64,000 bases of DNA from Ruminococcaceae bacterium UBA1425 (lineage in GTDB: Bacteria; Bacillota; Clostridia; Oscillospirales; Acutalibacteraceae): positions 34,245 to 98,244 of the forward strand of contig DCUB01000012.1 in NCBI GenBank assembly GCA_002329365.1, read 5' to 3'. Shown piece after piece: positions 58,864 to 64,000 of the stretch (position 1 is the first letter of the stretch; every line of letters begins with the position of its first letter). The notes under the pieces are model-generated. The model made no database searches. It was not told the DNA's origin and saw only the letters and a program-made list of their open reading frames with translations. The translations under genes and the position numbers were made by a program.

Positions 58864-60117
58864 TTAATTGTAACGGTCGCGGTATTTCTTCGGTGAAGTG
58901 CCCGTCATTTTTTTAAATACCTTTGTGAAGTAGCTCTGGTCCTCAAAGCCGCACATTCCCGAAATGTCGCAAAGAGGTATAGCAGGGTTTTTCAGCATTT
59001 GCTTTGCCTTTTCGATACGTACGCCGTTCATGTAGGAGGAAAGCGTCTGCCCCGTTTCCGCCTTGAAAATGCCGCTTACGTAAGAGCGGCTTAAATAGAC
59101 ATATTCCGCTATATCGTCAAGCGATATCTTCCTGCCGAAGTTTGACTTTATGTACTCCATAATGCGGTAAACGGTATCGGAATGCCTGACGCTCGAAAAA
59201 TCAAAGGAGTAGTCCGTAAAATGGTGAAGCGCCTCGGTAAGCAGAATATTCAGCTCGTCTATTGAATTTGCCTCTTCCAGTTTGTTCATATATATGGTAT
59301 TATAAAGAAAAACCTCGCGGATGTCCGCGCCCGCGTCTATCGTGGCTCTCGAAAGCAGAACCATAAGCTCAAGCGAACGGCTTTTGATTGCGTGTAAGTC
59401 CCTGTTGCCCGCTCCGTATATGAAGCCGAGCAGCCTGTTTAAAAGCTCGCGCGCTCCCCGCTCGTCCTGCCTGCTCACCATGCCGCGAAGCTCCCTTTCA
59501 AGCTCTATGGGATAGAAAAATCCGCCCTCGCGCTCCTGCCGTTTTGTCGCCTCGTATATTTCGTTTAATATGATTTCCTGCTCGTATACCGGCTTTCCCG
59601 CCCTGCCCGTTATGCCGGCTGCGGAGGTTTCAAGAACAGCAGCAAGGTGATTCATTTCGCCGGCCGGAAAGACGGGCAGCGAGCCTACAAGCTCCGGCTC
59701 CGCGTAGCCGGGCAGGTCAAAAAGCGTGTCCTGCAAATCGCCCATAACTACAGGCCCCGCCAAAAGCGCAAGGTCGGTTTCGGGCACCGTTACCGCCGCG
59801 AACGTCAGCCCCGCGGGGCAGTAGAAGATATATTTCCCGTTCCAGCGCTTCGCCTCGCTGCAGCCGTAAAGGAGTGTCTGCGGAAGACGGCATTCGTTTT
59901 TGCAGGCTCCGCAGTAAAAAAGCCCGGTAGTCGCCGTCGTTATTATTTCGCGGTCAAAGGTGTCCACAAGCGTTACGGGCGTTTTGCAGACGGCCGCGAA
60001 GTGCCCGGCAAATGTCTTACACTGCTCCGTTATGCGCTTTTCCGTAGCAATCCCCCCGTCCGTGCACAGCGTTATACAGGTATTATAACAGTAGTTTTGT
60101 CTGTTGACAATAAACAA
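58864..60117 (-). CDS. AraC family transcriptional regulator with an N-terminal PocR-like sensory domain
   Basis: C-terminal AraC HTH (ISLDDIAEYVYLSRSYVSGIFK...). Cys-rich N-terminal domain (FYCGACKNEC...CSEA...FYCPAGL). The start codon is uncertain. Confidence 0.8.
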   Translation of the reverse strand: MFIVNRQNYCYNTCITLCTDGGIATEKRITEQCKTFAGHFAAVCKTPVTLVDTFDREIITTATTGLFYCGACKNECRLPQTLLYGCSEAKRWNGKYIFYCPAGLTFAAVTVPETDLALLAGPVVMGDLQDTLFDLPGYAEPELVGSLPVFPAGEMNHLAAVLETSAAGITGRAGKPVYEQEIILNEIYEATKRQEREGGFFYPIELERELRGMVSRQDERGARELLNRLLGFIYGAGNRDLHAIKSRSLELMVLLSRATIDAGADIREVFLYNTIYMNKLEEANSIDELNILLTEALHHFTDYSFDFSSVRHSDTVYRIMEYIKSNFGRKISLDDIAEYVYLSRSYVSGIFKAETGQTLSSYMNGVRIEKAKQMLKNPAIPLCDISGMCGFEDQSYFTKVFKKMTGTSPKKYRDRYN

Positions 60118-60135
60118 TAACCGGAGGAAAATAAA

Positions 60136-61113
60136 ATGTCCGAAAGCCCGCTTATAAGTGCGCTTCGTCTTGAATATCCCGAAACAATTCCCGTATGCCT
60201 AAACGTTCTTCCCGCCATGTGGATTCGTCACGGTGAGGAATTTCAGCGGCTCACAGATGAATACCCTCAGTTCTTCGGCGGTCAGAAAAAGGACTTGTCC
60301 GATATTGCAAACCTTGCCCGCGGAAGATACAGGGAGGGTACTCACGTCGACGAGTGGGGCTGCGTCTGGACAAACATGAACGAGGGCATGGACGCCATTG
60401 TGACCGGTCATCCCGTAAAGTCACCCGGGGACGTCTACTCGCTCGAGATACCGGAAAACCGCGACGGAAGCCTGCCGCACGGCTTTATGTATCTTCGTAT
60501 TCTTGACCTTTGCGGCTTTGAAAACGCGATGATGATGTTCGCCGAGGAGGGCGACGAGATTCGTATTCTCATTGACAAGGTTCTGCAATACAACAAATAT
60601 CAGATAGAGGCGGTTATAGACAGCTTCGGCGACATTGCGGGCTTCGGCGACGACCTCGGAATGCAGACGGGGTTAGCAATAGGTGCGGAGCGCTGGCGAA
60701 AATACTTAAAGCCCTGCTACGCCGAGCTTTACGGAATGATTAAAAAAAGGCATCCGAAGCTGCCCATATACATGCACACCGACGGCTGTATTTACGAGAT
60801 AATGCCCGACCTTGTCGAATGCGGCGTAGACATGATAAATCCGCAGTTCCGCGCAAACAGTCTCGATAACCTTGTAAGGGTTTGCCGCAGCGAGCGGACA
60901 ATAGCAATAAACTTAGACCTTGACCGCCAGCTGTTCCCCTTCGCCACGCGCTCGCAGATATTCGACCATGTGGCGGAGTGTGTCGAAAGCCTTTATCTGC
61001 CCGAGGGCGCTTTGGCTCTTAACATCGAGCTTAACTACGACATTCCGCTTGAAAACTGCGCCGCCATATTTGACGCTGTTGAAAAATACCGTCATTATAA
61101 GGTACACATGTAG
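60136..61113 (+). CDS. Uroporphyrinogen decarboxylase (URO-D) family protein
   Basis: 325 aa, URO-D-like C-terminal half (IYMHTDGCIYEIMPDLVECGVDMINPQ). GGAGGA RBS. Confidence 0.65.
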   Translation: MSESPLISALRLEYPETIPVCLNVLPAMWIRHGEEFQRLTDEYPQFFGGQKKDLSDIANLARGRYREGTHVDEWGCVWTNMNEGMDAIVTGHPVKSPGDVYSLEIPENRDGSLPHGFMYLRILDLCGFENAMMMFAEEGDEIRILIDKVLQYNKYQIEAVIDSFGDIAGFGDDLGMQTGLAIGAERWRKYLKPCYAELYGMIKKRHPKLPIYMHTDGCIYEIMPDLVECGVDMINPQFRANSLDNLVRVCRSERTIAINLDLDRQLFPFATRSQIFDHVAECVESLYLPEGALALNIELNYDIPLENCAAIFDAVEKYRHYKVHM

Positions 61114-61225
61114 GCGTTTTTCTTGCATTGTACTGTTCCCGCTATTGACACATTTTTATAAACAGATATAATATATTTAACGTATATTATGAGGCAGATA
61201 AAAATTTTGGCTTTTGAGGTATAAA

Positions 61226-62383
61226 ATGCAAAAGATAACCGACGACATCATTTATATAGGCGTCAACGACCATATCATCGACCTATTTGAAAGTCAGTTC
61301 GTCGTTCCGAACGGAATGGCTTACAACTCCTATGTCGTCCTCGACGAGCAAATTGCCGTTTTCGACACGACCGAGGCAAAGTTTACTGACGAGTGGCTTA
61401 AAAATCTAAGCGAGGCGTTGGGCGGCAGAAAGCCCGGCTACCTTGTTGTTCAGCACATGGAGCCGGACCACTCCTCGAGCATCGCGGCCTTTGCAAAGGA
61501 GTATCCCGAAGCGAAAATTGTCGGCAACTCCAAAACCTTCGGCATGATAACGCAGTTTTTCGGCATCTGTCTTGACGGCAGAAGCGTTGTAATAAAAGAC
61601 GGCGATACACTGTGCACGGGCAGGCATACGTTTACGTTTGTGTTCGCGCCGATGGTTCACTGGCCCGAGGTTTTCGTAACATACGACAGCTATGAAAAAA
61701 CGCTGTTTTCGGCAGACGCGTTCGGCAAGTTCGGTGCTTTAGACACAGACGAGGAATGGGCGTGCGAGGCAAGACGTTATTACTTCGGAATAGTCGGTAA
61801 ATACGGCGCGCAGGTGCAGGCGCTGCTTAAAAAGGCGTCGTGCCTCCCGATAAAGAGAATATGCTCCCTGCATGGTCCCGTACTGTCCGAAGATTTAGGC
61901 TATTATCTTAATCTTTATGATATCTGGTCGTCCTACGGTGTCGAATCCGAGGGAGTAGTCATAGCCTACACCTCCGTTTACGGCAACACAAGAAAAGCAG
62001 TCGAAAAGCTTGCGGGAATGCTCGAAAAAGGCGGCTGCGAAAAGGTAGTCGTAACCGACCTTGCGCGCGACGACATGGCGGAGGCCGTTGAGGACGCGTT
62101 CCGCTACGGCAGGCTTGTTCTGGCGACAACAACATATAATGCCGACATTTTCCCATTCATGCGCACGTTTATCGAGCAACTGACAGAGCGCGGCTATCAG
62201 AACAGAACGATAGCGTTTATCGAAAACGGCTCGTGGGCGCCGACGGCGGCAAGGGTTATGAGAGGTCTGCTTGATAAGTGCAAAAACATAAAATTTGCCG
62301 AAAACGTCGTCACCATAAAATCGGCGCTGAATGCCGAGTCCGAAGAAGCACTTAAGAAGCTCGCGGAGGAGCTGTGCGGATAA
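61226..62383 (+). CDS. fprA: FprA-type flavodiiron protein (metallo-beta-lactamase plus flavodoxin domains)
   Basis: HMEPDHSS di-iron motif and a C-terminal flavodoxin-like domain. Confidence 0.88.
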   Translation: MQKITDDIIYIGVNDHIIDLFESQFVVPNGMAYNSYVVLDEQIAVFDTTEAKFTDEWLKNLSEALGGRKPGYLVVQHMEPDHSSSIAAFAKEYPEAKIVGNSKTFGMITQFFGICLDGRSVVIKDGDTLCTGRHTFTFVFAPMVHWPEVFVTYDSYEKTLFSADAFGKFGALDTDEEWACEARRYYFGIVGKYGAQVQALLKKASCLPIKRICSLHGPVLSEDLGYYLNLYDIWSSYGVESEGVVIAYTSVYGNTRKAVEKLAGMLEKGGCEKVVVTDLARDDMAEAVEDAFRYGRLVLATTTYNADIFPFMRTFIEQLTERGYQNRTIAFIENGSWAPTAARVMRGLLDKCKNIKFAENVVTIKSALNAESEEALKKLAEELCG

Positions 62384-62440
62384 CAAAACGGCGGGAGCAA
62401 ACCCCGCCTCTTATGCTTTATCTTTAGCCGATTCAGTTAA

Positions 62441-62545
62441 ACTTTGGACGGAACGGATGAATCCGTTCCCTACTTCCTGAACGGCAAATATTGAAAAAAA
62501 TTCGTAGGGAACGCATTTATGCGTTCCGCGCAAAACACACCGCAG
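62441..62545. repeat. Family A mosaic (units 62448-62474 and 62501-62536), an inverted copy of 7601-7704
   Basis: The reverse complement aligns by eye with 7601-7704 over about 105 nt with about 14 differences. Confidence 0.85.
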
Positions 62546-62608
62546 GCTCGTGTAGTTCCCGTATTTGAGTAAACGCACATGAGCCCCGCTCTACGAAGGA
62601 GGATTGCC

Positions 62609-63247
62609 ATGAACAAAAACTCATTGTATTCAATAAGCTACGGTCTGTTTGTGCTCAGCGCGCGCGAGGGCGAAAAGGACAACGGCTGCATCACAAACAC
62701 CGCCATTCAGGTAACGAGCGAGCCTACGCAGCTTACGGTGGCGGTAAACAAGGGCAACTACACCACGGGCATGATTGACAGAACGGGCAAATTCAACCTC
62801 TCCGTCATATCCGAGGCGTCGGACTTTTCGCTTTTTGAGCGGTTCGGCTTTCAGTCCGGCAGGGACGTTGACAAATCCGACGGCTTTCAAGACGTAAAGC
62901 GCTCCGAAAACGGAATCCTTTATGTCACACAAAACTGCAACGCGTACCTTAGCTGCACCGTCGTAAACAAAATCGACCTCGGCACACACATAATGTTCGT
63001 GGCAACTGTAGACGACGGCGACGTCCTGTCGCGCGAGCCGTCCATGACATACGCCTATTATTTCGCAAACGTAAAGCCGAAGCCAAAGCCGACCGCTTCG
63101 TCGGGGCGCGTGTGGGTTTGCAGGATATGCGGCTTTGTCTACGACGAGGAGAAGGAGGGCACGCCGTTCGAGGCTTTGCCCGCCGACTGGGTGTGTCCCA
63201 TCTGCAAGCATCCGAAGTCAGACTTTGAGCTGATGAATAAACAATAA
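62609..63247 (+). CDS. High-molecular-weight rubredoxin (flavin reductase-like domain fused to rubredoxin)
   Basis: Flavin reductase-like N-terminal domain. C-terminal CRICG...CPICK rubredoxin motif. AAGGAGG RBS. Confidence 0.85.
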   Translation: MNKNSLYSISYGLFVLSAREGEKDNGCITNTAIQVTSEPTQLTVAVNKGNYTTGMIDRTGKFNLSVISEASDFSLFERFGFQSGRDVDKSDGFQDVKRSENGILYVTQNCNAYLSCTVVNKIDLGTHIMFVATVDDGDVLSREPSMTYAYYFANVKPKPKPTASSGRVWVCRICGFVYDEEKEGTPFEALPADWVCPICKHPKSDFELMNKQ

Positions 63248-63271
63248 TAAAATGTGAAAGGGAGAAAGAAT

Positions 63272-63652
63272 ATGGTTATGAAGTTTTATGTCTGCAAGCA
63301 CTGCGGGAACATTATAGCTTTTCTTGAAAGTTCCGGAGTACCCGTGGTATGCTGCGGCGAAAAAATGAGCGAGCTTGTTCCGAACACGACAGACGGCGCG
63401 ACGGAAAAGCACGTGCCCGTTATTGAGGTGGACGGAAACAAGGTTACGGTAACTGTAGGCAGTGTCGCGCACCCGATGGTAGCCGAGCATTATATCAAGT
63501 GGATTTGCCTTCAGAGCAAGCAGGGCAACCAAAGGAAGTTTTTAAATCCCGGCGACGCTCCGACGGCTGTGTTTATGCTCTCTGACGGCGATGAGCCGGA
63601 GGCTGCTTACGAATACTGCAATCTGCACGGTCTTTGGAAAGCAACGGTATAA
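63272..63652 (+). CDS. dfx: Desulfoferrodoxin (2Fe superoxide reductase)
   Basis: N-terminal CKHCGN...CCG desulforedoxin-like motif. EKHVP, and C..H near the C-terminus. Confidence 0.9.
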   Translation: MVMKFYVCKHCGNIIAFLESSGVPVVCCGEKMSELVPNTTDGATEKHVPVIEVDGNKVTVTVGSVAHPMVAEHYIKWICLQSKQGNQRKFLNPGDAPTAVFMLSDGDEPEAAYEYCNLHGLWKATV

Positions 63653-63673
63653 TTATTTTAAGGAGAAAACATT

Positions 63674-63832
63674 ATGAAGTACATCTGCTCAATCTGCGGC
63701 TACGAATATGACGAGGCTGTCGGCGATCCCGACAACGGCATAGAGCCGGGCACAAAGTTCGAGGATTTGCCCGACGACTGGACATGCCCGCTTTGCGGCG
63801 CGGTAAAGGATCAGTTCGAAAAGGACGAATGA
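63674..63832 (+). CDS. rd: Rubredoxin (52 aa). Not in the ORF track
   Basis: Hand translation gives [62 protein letters not shown]. Confidence 0.9.
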   Translation: MKYICSICGYEYDEAVGDPDNGIEPGTKFEDLPDDWTCPLCGAVKDQFEKDE

Positions 63833-63851
63833 TTTCCGGCAAAGGTTGGGG

Positions 63852-63907
63852 GCCGTATCGTACCCTTGCTTAAGGCGGGTTCCGATACGGCTCCGTATTT
63901 TGTTTTT
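63852..63907 (+). terminator. Rho-independent terminator after rubredoxin
   Basis: GCCGTATCG ... CGATACGGC stem followed by TCCGTATTTTGTTTTT. Confidence 0.7.
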
Positions 63908-63966
63908 CCGTCGACCGTTAAGGCGGTCATTGTCACGGTATAATGGTGTGTGTCGAGAGGAATAAA

Positions 63967-64000
63967 ATGGATATTGTAAAGTTTTACATCAAAAAACACT
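63967..64000 (+). CDS. Possible 5' end of an unidentified gene (MDIVKFYIKKH...), truncated by the window edge
   Basis: ATG lies 7 nt after GAGAGGA. Only 11 codons are visible. Confidence 0.25.
   Translation, partial: MDIVKFYIKKH

Noticed and set aside
63811-63999. 62-aa minus-strand ORF at the window end
   Set aside because: It overlaps the rubredoxin 3' end and its terminator hairpin, and has no RBS or recognisable family.
1-64000. Possibility that the palindromic repeats form a CRISPR array
   Set aside because: The units are dispersed singly or in twos and threes across 60 kb, occur in both orientations, and have irregular spacing. There are no uniform spacers and no cas genes.
1-64000. 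Searched for defence-system, prophage or mobile-element hallmarks: integrase, transposase, restriction-modification, toxin-antitoxin pairs, tRNA attachment sites
   Set aside because: None were recognisable in any frame. The accessory-looking content here is metabolic and envelope-related rather than defence or mobile DNA.

Overview
This 64 kb window is a chromosomal segment from a moderately high-GC Firmicute. It looks Clostridia-like (possibly Oscillospiraceae/Ruminococcaceae), judged only from gene content and operon order. I found no rRNA, tRNA, CRISPR array, integrase, transposase or phage genes, and no recognisable defence island.

The core of the window (16.2-34.3 kb, minus strand) holds pnp, rpsO and a complete S10-spc-alpha ribosomal protein supercluster running rpsJ to rplQ. 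That cluster includes secY, map, a KOW protein, infA, rpmJ and rpoA, but it lacks adk.

The flanking regions carry the following:
- Sugar-oxidation genes: galM, a ThuA/Gfo-Idh-MocA pair, and several xylose-isomerase-like TIM-barrel genes, including a four-gene oxidoreductase/TIM/TIM/oxidoreductase cluster.
- A cytoplasmic GH13 enzyme.
- Folate genes: a folP-folB fusion and folK.
- nfo, a yerC-like gene, apbE and ptsH.
- An ArsR-nitroreductase-P1B ATPase metal operon and a split chromate-transporter pair.
- A large repeat-built lipoprotein.
- UDG family 4, and an MBOAT plus DHHW acylation locus in which the DHHW gene has an in-frame stop.
- glyQS, DUF1846, and an ECF S-component with a Gx transporter.
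- Two URO-D family genes around a PocR-AraC regulator.
- An O2/NO detoxification island: FprA, high-molecular-weight rubredoxin, desulfoferrodoxin and a 52-aa rubredoxin that is missing from the ORF track.

The structure that genes do not explain is a very dense population of intergenic palindromic repeats:
- Family A is a GTAG-flanked hairpin family with about 20 units at about 12 loci, including long and mosaic forms.
- Family B is a second family built on GTCATCCTGAGG...GAAGGATC.

The best candidates for undescribed gene-level biology are two paralogous HxxxD acyltransferase modules, one coupled to an orphan ABC ATPase and one to a zinc-ribbon polytopic membrane protein. The oxidoreductase/TIM-barrel clusters are the other candidate. 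All coordinates and similarities were judged by eye. No searches were run.
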